A stretch of 64,000 bases of DNA from Tubulanus polymorphus (GCF_964204645.1 NC_134032.1:3434175-3498174); one strand, 5' to 3'. Counted from the first letter of the stretch, positions 38,926 through 49,350 are shown. The notes: a model not told the origin generated them from the letters alone. Made by a program: numbers and translations.

Positions 38926-40005
38926 TTATTCTTTTAATTTTACTAGACAAAATCCATTCATTAAATTTATCATCATATCCTTCATATTTCACCAAAGAAT
39001 ACTTTTTTCCTTTAAGAGTTTTTGTTTTCAATACTTTTTCTATTTTGTATTCTATTTCATCTGGATTTGGTACTAATGATAATTCTTGTTCATAAAAATA
39101 ACCTAATATTTCTTCATCTTTTAAATCAAACAATTTATAAACAAATGGTTTAGTTAATATTATCTTTTTAATTTTAAATATTTCTTCAGTAAAATTTGGG
39201 GTATAACCTTTATAAAATGTTTTTCTATATTTAGAAATTCTAACGTGTTGTCCTATTTTAAATTTAGGTTCTCCAAAATCATGTGTAACAAACGCTCCAT
39301 ATAAATTATTCCAAACTATTTCTGAATTTTCTTCTTTTCTAGCTTATATAGGTTTCATATTTATAGAACTATGTTTAGAATTATTATAACCTTTCACTAA
39401 ATCTTCTAATACATCGATATATTTATATGTTTCATTAGCGGTGAAATATTTCCACATTCTAGTTTTCAATGTTTTATTAAATCTTTCTATAACAGATGCT
39501 TTTTTATCTGAATGTGTTGAAAAATATTCTACATCGTTATCAGTTAATAGTTTTTTAAAATGTTTGTTATAAAATTCTTTACCTTCATCAAATTGTATTT
39601 TATCTGGGATAGCTTCTTTAAATATTAATTTGAAAGAATTTGTAACTTCTATACCAGTTTTATTTTTAATCGGGATACTCCATGCGTATCTACTGAATAT
39701 ATCTATAACATTTAGTATCCAAAAATATCCTTTGTTATATTCTTCAAAGATTTCATGTCAATCAAATCAGCTTGCCATTGTTGGTCAATATATGAAACCA
39801 TTACTTTTCTTGTTAAATATTTTTTATCCATCTTTTTATGAATTTGATATGTTGGTTGATTTTGTAACCATGATTTTAATTCACTATATTTTATATCACC
39901 ATTATCGGATTTAATTTTATTCCATAATTCTGAAACACTTGAATATGATACTTCACTTTCTGGGTTATAATATAAATCTCTTAAATATTGTTCTTTTTTC
40001 ATCAT
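38918..40005 (-). pseudogene. Retroviral-type (rve) integrase with chromodomain, element B
   Basis: WQADLIDM, frameshift near 39745, nonsense near 39344, C-terminal chromodomain. Confidence 0.9.
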
Positions 40006-40008
40006 ATT

Positions 40009-40368
40009 TCAATCCATTAATAATATTTTAGATTTAGTTTCAATGGTTTTATGATTTGACTTATTTTCTGGTATGATAGGTTTATTATCATTAGAATCAT
40101 CTTTATCATCGGATTTGAATTTTGATTTATATATTACACCGGATAATATAATAACTGTGATTAACCCAATTGTAATATATAAGTAATTATAAGATTCAGC
40201 TGTGCTGAATCTATTAGATGGATTATTATTTGAATCAATATCAGATTCATTTATATCAGTTAATTTCTTTTTCTTAGCTTTTTTTAATTCTGATGATCTT
40301 TTACCTAATTCTCTTGCCCATTTAATTTGTTTCTCGGATCTAGCCTTTTTCTTAACTCCATCACTCAT
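40009..40368 (-). CDS. Basic single-TM protein (119 aa), element B
   Basis: RSEKQIKWARELGK plus YITIGLITVIILSGVIY; homologue in A. Confidence 0.8.
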   Translation of the reverse strand: MSDGVKKKARSEKQIKWARELGKRSSELKKAKKKKLTDINESDIDSNNNPSNRFSTAESYNYLYITIGLITVIILSGVIYKSKFKSDDKDDSNDNKPIIPENKSNHKTIETKSKILLMD

Positions 40369-40966
40369 TTATTTTAGTTAATTTTTGTTCTGATTCATTT
40401 TCTGTTTCGATGTTTTGTTGTAGTACATCTGTTTCGTTCTTACCTGATTTATATTCCATATGCTTGATGTTCGAAAATGTTATGACGCCAGTAGAAATTA
40501 ATGTCATAACCGATCCTAATTGAAATGAAGCGTATCCAACCCATTTTTGTAATTCAGTCATAACTAAGTAGTCATTTTTCAAATCATTATATAATTTATT
40601 TTCATCATCAATTGGTATTAACTGGTTACATAACTTAGAATAACATTTGACAATACCATCTGAAATAGAATCATTTATTCTAGCTAATCTTGACTCTTCA
40701 TAAATCTTAAAATATTTTTTTACTTTTTCTTTGTTCATATTATCTAATTCTTGAAAAGTTATTGTTTTACCAATAAACTCTTTAGTTTTTCCACTCGCAA
40801 TCAATAGTTCTAGATGATGCTTACAATATAAATAGTACTCGTAATCAATATTACTATCAATTTTATTATCACATTTAGTTGCCACATTATCATTATCATC
40901 TGTTAAACCTAAATCTTCCAAAGTTTTTTCAACTTTAATATTATTCTTATTCGATTTCTTAGACAT
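40361..40966 (-). CDS. Hypothetical protein with C-terminal hydrophobic segment (201 aa), element B
   Basis: Intact, conserved core with 46264-46881. Confidence 0.8.
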   Translation of the reverse strand: MSKKSNKNNIKVEKTLEDLGLTDDNDNVATKCDNKIDSNIDYEYYLYCKHHLELLIASGKTKEFIGKTITFQELDNMNKEKVKKYFKIYEESRLARINDSISDGIVKCYSKLCNQLIPIDDENKLYNDLKNDYLVMTELQKWVGYASFQLGSVMTLISTGVITFSNIKHMEYKSGKNETDVLQQNIETENESEQKLTKINE

Positions 40967-41192
40967 TTATATTAGAGAAATTTAATAAGAATAGTATTAT
41001 AAGTATTCTTCAAATGATACTAGCTAGTTAAAGTTAAAGAATTCTAGTATTAGTTATTGTTTTTTTTAGTATTTTTTATTTGTGATATAAAGTATTCTTT
41101 TTTGAAAAGAAAATATTAAAAATTAAAATAGAAATAATAGATAGTTGAAGGTATGTAATTTTTATTATATTTTATTTGAGATATATTATTCT

Positions 41193-41861
41193 TTAACCAC
41201 TCATTAAAGACTCAACGTATTGTTCATTATTTGGATTATTATTCCATTGATCAATAAATTTCTTTGCCTTTGTTAACTGTTCTAAATATAACTGTAAATC
41301 TAGTTTATTAGATTTGATTTGATTTTCTTTCTTTTCTAAAGGTCTTAAATTTTTCCAACCCCAAATAAGTTTTTTATTGTATTCATCATTCATGTTAAAT
41401 TTAGATATTGGTAACACGTGATCAATGTGGTAATAATCCCCATAATTATCTATATTCATTTTATCATCGAATTGAAATATAATCCATGATTTGAGAAATT
41501 CATCTGAACAACCCAACAAATTAGATAGGGTTTCTGAATGCGTTTCTTTGTTGAATAATTTTGATACTTTAGATCTTAAGCATTGTTTCAATCTAAAATT
41601 AAGATCTGTTTGATATCTTTCTCTCATATATTTTGTCATATAATAATTATAATGTTCTATATTATCTTCTCGATATTGTTTAGTATATAGTTTAGTACAA
41701 GTTTTACAACAATATTGAAAACCATCTTTGCTAATCTTACGCTTACTAAATTCTGTTAAAGCTAATTTATCTAATTCACATTTAGAACACTTCTTGTAGT
41801 ATATGTTTATAACACCAGTGTTATTTGTAATATTGATAATTTGTGGTTGTTCTGGTTCCAT
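41193..41861 (-). CDS. HNH-type endonuclease with N-terminal Zn ribbon, element B
   Basis: KKCSKC...CCKTC; LLGCS; HIDHVLP...KNLRPL...EN..KSNK. Confidence 0.85.
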   Translation of the reverse strand: MEPEQPQIINITNNTGVINIYYKKCSKCELDKLALTEFSKRKISKDGFQYCCKTCTKLYTKQYREDNIEHYNYYMTKYMRERYQTDLNFRLKQCLRSKVSKLFNKETHSETLSNLLGCSDEFLKSWIIFQFDDKMNIDNYGDYYHIDHVLPISKFNMNDEYNKKLIWGWKNLRPLEKKENQIKSNKLDLQLYLEQLTKAKKFIDQWNNNPNNEQYVESLMSG

Positions 41862-42004
41862 TTATTATATGTATTTTTTTTACTAAATTGGTTAATAATT
41901 TTAGAATCCTCTTCCATTTCTCCGACCAACGTCATCCTTTTTCATTCCTCGCTGCTTTTGATAAGTTGTTTCGATTCCTTGATATCTAAATAATACCACT
42001 GGGT

Positions 42005-42390
42005 AAAAGCGCGCATTCGTGCGCGGTTTTTCTTAATGCGCATGCGTTAAGCATAATTATATATTCATTCTATAAATTCTGTAAAATAGAAACGACACAT
42101 GCGTTACATGCGTCACATGCGGCCATTGATGTCCGGTTTTGCTTAATGCACATGTGTTAATCATAATAGAAACAACCGATATGAAATATTTAAATAATAC
42201 CACTGGGTAAAACCGCTCTTATAGGAGCGTTTTTGCTTAATGCGCATGCGCTAATCATAATTATATATTCATTCTATAAATTCTGTAAAATAGAAACGAC
42301 CGACATGAAATATCAAAACGTGTTCGCATTAGGCAAACCGCGCATTCATGCGCGCTTTTGCTTAATGCGCATGCGCTAATCATAATTGAA
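42005..42390. repeat. Tandem double-hairpin units (4 in B; 2 in A at ~47985-48190)
   Basis: GC-rich stem-loop followed by CTTAATGCGCATGCG(T/C)TAA(T/G)CATAAT repeated. Confidence 0.8.
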
Positions 42391-43145
42391 ACGAATTATT
42401 ATTGAAACGACTGAACATAAAAATTCACCAAACAGATTTACACAATACATTATACAATTTGTTCAGTCGTTTCTTCCAATACATCATTTGATTTCTATAA
42501 ATACAATTTATAATTACAAACATTTTTTCAATTGTTGGTAAATATTTAACTACAACAACAAATGTTAAACTTAATCATTGGAGTCTCAATGTTTTTGAAA
42601 TTCTTATATAGTTTCTTCATCGATCTTTTGGTGATTCTATTGGTTCGATATCCATTGCTGTTGATTCCTCAGTCAGAAAGAGTATCTTGAGTTTCTCTAT
42701 CACTTCTTGATGCGTATGACGTTTTATTAATCTAAAAGATATTAGCGGTAACTCTAACCATCTAAAATATATACTAAATACACTTAAATATATCTAAAGG
42801 TTTCGTATTTAATAGCCTTAATAACTACAACAAACAGTACTTACATTTAGATTTATAATTGTATACTATAAACTCCTTATTTCGTTTCGAAAGATAGAAT
42901 ATCCTGAGCACAATATTACAGCGTATATCCATTTCCGGGGCGATTTCTAGAATGAACACGTCGTTGATTATGCCACGTCATCTAGTTCCGGTTCGAGAGT
43001 GTTCTACACGTTTCTGATTATGACGTGTCATAATGTCTCGTCGTTATAGTAACAACTGTAACAGCTGTGAATTTATAGATTTATTCTATAGCTCTGTACA
43101 TTGAATGTATATAGGTTAAAATAGAATCATTTTCTAGTATAAACA

Positions 43146-43352
43146 TCATATCCTCACGTATTGTTCATTATTTGGATCAGTGTTCCATAATTCAATAAAT
43201 TTCTTTCCTTTTGTTAACTGTTCTGAATATAACTGTAAATATTCTAGTTTCAATTTATTCTCTAAATGTGTTATAGTTTTATTGTGTCTTGCTTTTTGGG
43301 ATTTATCTATATCGATATTACATGTTGGGCAGTAGTATTTATTTGCTTCCAT
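43146..43352 (-). CDS. Chimeric right-end ORF: PolB N-terminal Zn finger + HNH C-terminal tail, element B
   Basis: First 38 aa match PolB-B; last 30 aa match the HNH C-terminus; equivalent ORF in A. Confidence 0.55.
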   Translation of the reverse strand: MEANKYYCPTCNIDIDKSQKARHNKTITHLENKLKLEYLQLYSEQLTKGKKFIELWNTDPNNEQYVRI

Positions 43353-43440
43353 TTTAATACTATATTTTTTATTAAAATTGATTTTAGAAGTTCAATGATT
43401 TAAATGTTATTCATTTATATATGAATATTTTAAGAGTAAT
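43240..43440 (-). repeat. Right TIR of element B (hairpin absent)
   Basis: Reverse complement of ~27707-27907. Confidence 0.9.
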
Positions 43441-43807
43441 GTAATAGAAAATCCAACAGTTATAAATCCAAAATTTAATAAAATGAATATATTAGATTAA
43501 ACATTTATAGATTATTTCTCGAGTAATGATATAGTTACCATATTGAAAAAGTTAGATTAAACCAAATGTAACTTATGCAATGAACTTATTTGAACTTAAA
43601 TATGATGATTTTAGAGAATTTTTAAATAAACATCCATCTAAAAATGAAATCGAAAATTATATTCCAAAAATATTTTCAAGAGAAACATTCAATAAATATA
43701 AACTCGGGAATCGTTCAGGAATTATACCAATGAAAATGCGAAGGAATATATGGTTAGAATATGATAAGCTTAAAGAAAAATATGAAAATGAAAATGAAAA
43801 AGATTAA
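43441..43807 (+). pseudogene. Zinc-finger protein, element A, 3' part
   Basis: Homologous to 37299-37676 with small deletions. Confidence 0.85.
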
Positions 43808-43821
43808 GTTCTATTTATATA

Positions 43822-44149
43822 TTGATGGATGAGTTGGATGAGTTGGATTAGTTGGATGAGTGGAAGAGTGGAAGAGTGTAATATTATATATATTTTACTT
43901 TTTAACACATGAATTGGAAGAATAGTATGAGTATAAATATAATATTTGTATTCTTTATTAAATTTAACACAATATATATATTATTAAAATAATATTTAAA
44001 TATAGTATAAAATTGATAAAATAACTTCAAATCAAACTCTTACTGTTTTAAAAATAAAAAACATATGTAAATTATATATTATTACACTCACCCATTCATC
44101 CACTCATCCAATTCATCCAATTCATCCAATTCATCCACTCATCCATCAA
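43822..44149. repeat. Central fold-back, element A
   Basis: Same TGGATGAG(T)-repeat inverted arms, shorter spacer. Confidence 0.9.
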
Positions 44150-44186
44150 GCATATTCAAAATTCTCTAATATTTTAAATTAGGATT

Positions 44187-44797
44187 TTATTTTATAAATT
44201 TATATTCATAGGGAAATTGTAATCTCAGTAATAATTTTGAACCTTTATTATTCTTTAATTTATTCATATATTCATCATGTAACTCAGTAGGTATAATTTG
44301 ATTTTCTTCCAATGATTGTTGCATAGATTTTTATCTTTGTTATAAAATAAAACTAGAAATCTAATGTTTTCTCTAAAGTCTTTAACAATTGAATTATATT
44401 TTTGATTTAAAACCCAAGTTGTTATCCCGAAATGTCTTCCAGAGAAAGCCAAATAACATAACTCACTTTCTCTAACTTTTGAATCATGTAAATTTGCGCA
44501 ATCATCTATAATGAATAATGTATTTGATCCTTTATAAGTATCAATTGCTATTTTAATACAATTATCTAAATTTTCTTTTACTGTTTTAGGGTCTAATATA
44601 ATAAACTTTTTTATCTTAACTATATCTCTATTATATGTTTTATTCATTTCATAAGTAGGACAGAATAATATTGTATTATCAAAATGATTCTTATAAATAG
44701 TTTCTAACAAGTCTAATATGAAATGTGTTTTACCACAATTGGTTACTCCAGTTATTAACATATTATGCGGTTCAAATATAAATAAATCTTTATTCAT
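44187..44797 (-). pseudogene. Packaging ATPase, element A (frameshift near 44330)
   Basis: Walker A/B and GRH motifs; colinear with B copy. Confidence 0.9.
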
Positions 44798-45878
44798 TTA
44801 TTCTTTTAATTTTACTAGATAAAATCCATTCATTAAATTTATCATCGTATCCTTTATATTTCACTAGAGAATATTTCTTACCGCGTAATGTTTTTGTTTT
44901 CAATACCTTTTCTATCTTGTATTCTATTTCATCTGGATTTGGTACTAATGATAATTCTTGTTCATAAAAATAAACTAATATTTCTTCATCTTTTAAGTCA
45001 AATAATTTATAAACAAAAGGTTTAGTTAATATTATCTTTTTAATTTGAAATATTTCTTCAGTAAAATTAGTGGTATAACCTTTATAAAATGTTTTTCTAT
45101 ATTTCGATATTCTAATATGTTGTCCAATTTTAAATTTGGGTTCTCCAAAATCATGTGTAACTAATGCTCCATATAAATTATTCCAAACTATTTCTGAATT
45201 ATCTTCTTTTCTAGCTTGTATAGGTTTCATATTTATAGAACTATGTTTAGAATTATTATAACCTTTCACTAAATCATCTAACACATTGATATATTTATAT
45301 GTTTCATTAGCAGTAAAATATTTCCACATTCTAGTTTTCAATGTTTTATTAAATCTTTCTATAATAGATGCTTTTTTATCTGAATGTGTTGAAAAATATT
45401 CTACATCGTTATCAGATAATAGTTTTTTGAAATGTTTGTTATAAAATTCCTTACCTTCATCAAATTGTATCTTATCTGGAATAGCTTCTTTAAATATAGA
45501 TTTAAAAGCATTTGTTACTTCTATTCCAGTTTTATTTTTGATTGGAATTGACCACGCGTATCTACTGAATATATCTATAACATTTAAAATCCAAAAATAT
45601 CCTTTGTTATATTTTTCTAAGTTTTTCATATCAATTAAATCAGCTTGCCATTGTTGGTCAATATATTAAACCATTACTTTTCTTGTTAAATATTTTTTAT
45701 CCATCTTTTTATGAATTTGATATGTGGGTTGATTTTGTAACCATGATTTTAATTCACTATATTTTATTTTTTCTTTATCGGATTTAATTTTATCCCATAG
45801 TTCCGAAACACTTGAATATGAAACTTCACTTTCTGGGTTATAATATAAATCTCTTAAATATTGTTCTTTTTTCATCAT
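44790..45878 (-). pseudogene. rve integrase with chromodomain, element A (single TCA>TAA nonsense at ~45666)
   Basis: WQADLID, IDIFSRYAW, IQFDEGKEF, IIERFNKTLK; chromodomain YKIEKVL...LVKYKGYDDKFNEWI. Confidence 0.92.
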
Positions 45879-45881
45879 ATT

Positions 45882-46271
45882 TTAATCCATTAATAATATT
45901 TTAGATTTATTTTCATTTGATTTGTTTTCTGGTGGTTTATTGTCTGGATAACGAAGTTTCCGTTCATCATTATCATTATCACTTTCATTATTATTAAATT
46001 TATATTTATATATTACACCAGAGAATATAATTACTGTGATTAATCCAATTGTAATATATAATTTATTATTACTTCCAGCATTAGAAGAATTAGATAAATT
46101 ATTATTTGAATTAATACCAGATTCATTTATATCAGTTAATTTCTTTTTCTTAGCTTTTTTTAATTCTGCAGATCTTTTACCTAATTCCCTTGCCCATTTA
46201 ATTTGTTTCTCAGATCTAAGCTTTTTCTTAATATCACCGTGTGGGTGTTTAACGGTACCATCTTCACTCAT
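45882..46271 (-). CDS. Basic single-TM protein (129 aa), element A
   Basis: Homologue of 40009-40368. Confidence 0.8.
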   Translation of the reverse strand: MSEDGTVKHPHGDIKKKLRSEKQIKWARELGKRSAELKKAKKKKLTDINESGINSNNNLSNSSNAGSNNKLYITIGLITVIIFSGVIYKYKFNNNESDNDNDERKLRYPDNKPPENKSNENKSKILLMD

Positions 46272-46881
46272 TTATTTTACTTAACTTTTGTTCTGATTCA
46301 TCTTCTGTTTCGCCGTGTGGATGTTGTGCGGCACCATCTGTTTCGATCTTACCTGATTTATTATCTTTACATACTATAGGTTTAATGTTAGAAAATGTTA
46401 TAACTCCAGTCGAAATCAATGTCATAACCGATCCTAATTGGAATGAAGCGTATCCAACCCATTTTTGTAATTCAGTCATAACTAAGAAGTCATTTTTTAA
46501 ATCACTATATAATTTATTTTCATCATTAATTGGCATTAGCCGGTTACATAATTTTGAATAACATTTGATAAAACCATTAGAAATAGAATCATTTATTCTA
46601 GCTAATCTTGACTCTTCATAAATCTTAAAATATTTGATTACTTTTTCTTTGTTCATATTATCTAATTCTTGAAAAGTTATTGTTTTACCAATAAACTCTT
46701 TAGATTTTCCACCGGCAATCAATAGTTCTAGATGATGCTTACAATATAAGTAGTATTCATAATCTATATTGTTATTAACTTGAATAGAATTAGAAACAAC
46801 TGTATCTTTATTATCACTTATACCCAAATCATCTAATGTCTTTTCAATATCAATATTATTCTTATTAGATTTCTTTGACAT
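46264..46881 (-). CDS. Hypothetical protein (205 aa), element A
   Basis: Homologue of 40361-40966. Confidence 0.8.
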   Translation of the reverse strand: MSKKSNKNNIDIEKTLDDLGISDNKDTVVSNSIQVNNNIDYEYYLYCKHHLELLIAGGKSKEFIGKTITFQELDNMNKEKVIKYFKIYEESRLARINDSISNGFIKCYSKLCNRLMPINDENKLYSDLKNDFLVMTELQKWVGYASFQLGSVMTLISTGVITFSNIKPIVCKDNKSGKIETDGAAQHPHGETEDESEQKLSKINE

Positions 46882-47159
46882 TTATATTAGAGAAATTTAA
46901 TAAGAAAAATATTATAAGTATTATAAAATGATACTAGCTAGTTAAAGCTAAAGAATTCTAGTATTAGTTATTGTTTTTTTAGAATTTTTTATTTGTGATA
47001 TAAAGTATTCTTTTTTGAAAAGAAAATATTAAAAATTAAAATAGAAATTATAGATAGTTGAAGTTATTGTCTTTTTAATATATTTTATTTGAATTCTATT
47101 TGATATCTCACTACTTTTGTTTATCTATTAGGAGCAGTAGTTATAAATGTGCAGATAAG

Positions 47160-47834
47160 TCATTTCGGATCCTTGATATCAAATTCCTCAACATATTGTT
47201 CGTTATTTGGATCATTGTTCCATAATTCAACAAATGTCTTTGCTTTATCCAGTTGATCTAAATATAATTTCATATCTAGTTTATTAGATTTAATTATGTT
47301 TTCCTTCTTTTCTAAAGGTCTTAAATTCTTCCAATTCCAAATAAGTTTTTTATTGTATTCATCATTCATGTTAAATTTAGATATTGGTAACACGTGATCA
47401 ATATGAAAGTATTCACCATAATTATCTATATTCATTTTATCATCGAATTGAAATATAATCCATGATTTGAGAAATTCATCTGAACAACCCAATAGATTAG
47501 ATAGTGTTTCTGAATGTGTTTCTTTGTTGAATAATTGTGTTAATCTAGATCTTAAGCATTGTTTCAACCTAAAATTAAGATCTGTTTGATATCTTCCTCT
47601 AATATATTCTGTCATATAATCATTGTAAGCTTCTCTATTATCTTCTCGATATTGTTTGGTATATAGTTTAGTACAAGTTTTACAACAATATTGAAAACCA
47701 TCTTTGCTAATCTTACGCTTACTAAATTCTGTTAATGATTTATCTAATTGACATTTAGAACACTTCTTGTAATATATATTTATAACACCAGTGTTATTTG
47801 TAATATTGATAATTTGTGGTTGTTCTGATTCCAT
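47160..47834 (-). CDS. HNH-type endonuclease, element A
   Basis: Same motifs as 41193-41861. Confidence 0.85.
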   Translation of the reverse strand: MESEQPQIINITNNTGVINIYYKKCSKCQLDKSLTEFSKRKISKDGFQYCCKTCTKLYTKQYREDNREAYNDYMTEYIRGRYQTDLNFRLKQCLRSRLTQLFNKETHSETLSNLLGCSDEFLKSWIIFQFDDKMNIDNYGEYFHIDHVLPISKFNMNDEYNKKLIWNWKNLRPLEKKENIIKSNKLDMKLYLDQLDKAKTFVELWNNDPNNEQYVEEFDIKDPK

Positions 47835-49176
47835 TTATTATACACATTTTTTTACTAAATTGGTTAATATTTTAGAATCCTCTTCCATTTCTTCGACCAA
47901 CGTCATCCTTTTTCATTCCTCGTTGCTTTTGATAAATTGTTTCGATTCCTTGATATCTAAATCATACCAGTTACAATACCCGCGTCACATGCGGCCATTT
48001 ATGGCCGGTTTTGCTTAATGCACATGTGTTAATCATAATTATAAATTCATTCTATAAATTCTGTAAAATAGAAACAACTGAACATAGAAAATTCGAACGC
48101 ATTCATGTTCTCGTCACATGCGTTACATGTGTCACATGCGGCCATTTATGGCCGGTTTTGCTTAATGCGAATGCGTTAATCATAATAGAAACGACTGAAC
48201 ATAAAAATTCACAAATCAGATTTACACAATACATTATACAAGTTGTTCAGTCATTTCTTCCAATACATCATTTGATTTCTATAAATACAATTTATAATTA
48301 CAAACATTTTTCAATTGCCGGTAAATATTTAACTACATCAACAAATGTTAAACTTAATCATTGGAGTCTTAATGTTTGTGAAATTCTTATATTTCTTCTT
48401 CGATCTTTTGGCGATTCTATTGGTTTGATATCCACCGGTTTGTGCGTGTTTAATTTGACACCAGTTCCACAGTTGTATATAGGTTTATTTGACTCTGGGC
48501 CTAGTTCCACAGTTATCTAAAAGATATACCAAAATATAAATTGCTACACATAAATATATTTAAAGGTTTCATATTTAGCGGCCCTAATAAACAAAAACTG
48601 TACTTACATTTAACTCTCGAACTGTAAACTGTATATGATGCGGCGTTTATGAGACTGTTATGATACAGCGTTTATGAGAATATCCTGGTTATGGACGCAA
48701 CGTTTATGATACTATATCCTGGTTATGACACAATGTTTATGAGACTATATCCGTTGAAAAGCGATCGATATATGCTGGTATTTCGTTCTGTGTGTGTATA
48801 CGCAACTAATTGCTTTTCACCCGTCGACTGTCAAGCGTCTGATGTGCGCGCCTATTTATACTATTCTATGTCCAGAAACATCTAGAACAAGCGTGTTGAG
48901 ACTTGCAAATTATGACACTTTTGATTGGTTAGAGCTTAGTTGTCCAGAAACATCTAGAAAGCGCGTCGTGACTTGTAAATTATGAGATTTGTGATTCGGT
49001 AACGTCCGCTGTATACACAACACGTTGAGACTTGTAAATATAGTTGAAAAAAAATCAATAATAAAGGCATTTAGATCAATGAAATTAATTAACTCTTTAC
49101 AATTGAAATATAAGCTGGTAACATATGTTTACTAGAGCTAATACAACCAACTATATAGCTGAGTATTATCAGGCGT

Positions 49177-49350
49177 TTATAACGATTCAACGTATTTTTC
49201 ACTATGTGTTGAGTTCCATAATTCAATAAATGTTATTGCTTTAACCAACTGGACTAAAAACAAATGTGTTCTAGTTTTATTGTGTCTTGCTTTTTGAGAT
49301 TTATCTATACTTCTCTTACATGTTGGGCAGTAGTACTTATTTGCTTCCAT
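49177..49350 (-). CDS. Chimeric right-end ORF (57 aa), element A
   Basis: MEANKYYCPTCKRSIDKSQKARHNKTRTHL + FLVQLVKAITFIELWNSTHSEKYVESL; read manually, below the ORF track cutoff. Confidence 0.5.
   Translation of the reverse strand: MEANKYYCPTCKRSIDKSQKARHNKTRTHLFLVQLVKAITFIELWNSTHSEKYVESL

Larger units (their letters stand above)
27447..43440 (+). mobile_element. Endogenous Polinton-like virus, element B, nested in A; internal ~2-kb deletion removes the MCP
   Basis: Left hairpin plus promoter plus PolB start matched in inverted orientation by 43240-43440 (B-specific CNIDIDK); full gene order. Confidence 0.92.

Noticed and set aside
36205-39914. Antisense and low-complexity ORFs (e.g. 36205-36456, 37843-38070, 38846-39076, 39630-39914; also 48011-48520)
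   Set aside because: Shadows of real genes or translations of AT-rich repeats; no motifs and no upstream signal.
42005-42390. CRISPR-like repeat-spacer array
   Set aside because: Units are degenerate, spacers resemble each other, there are no cas genes and the context is eukaryotic.
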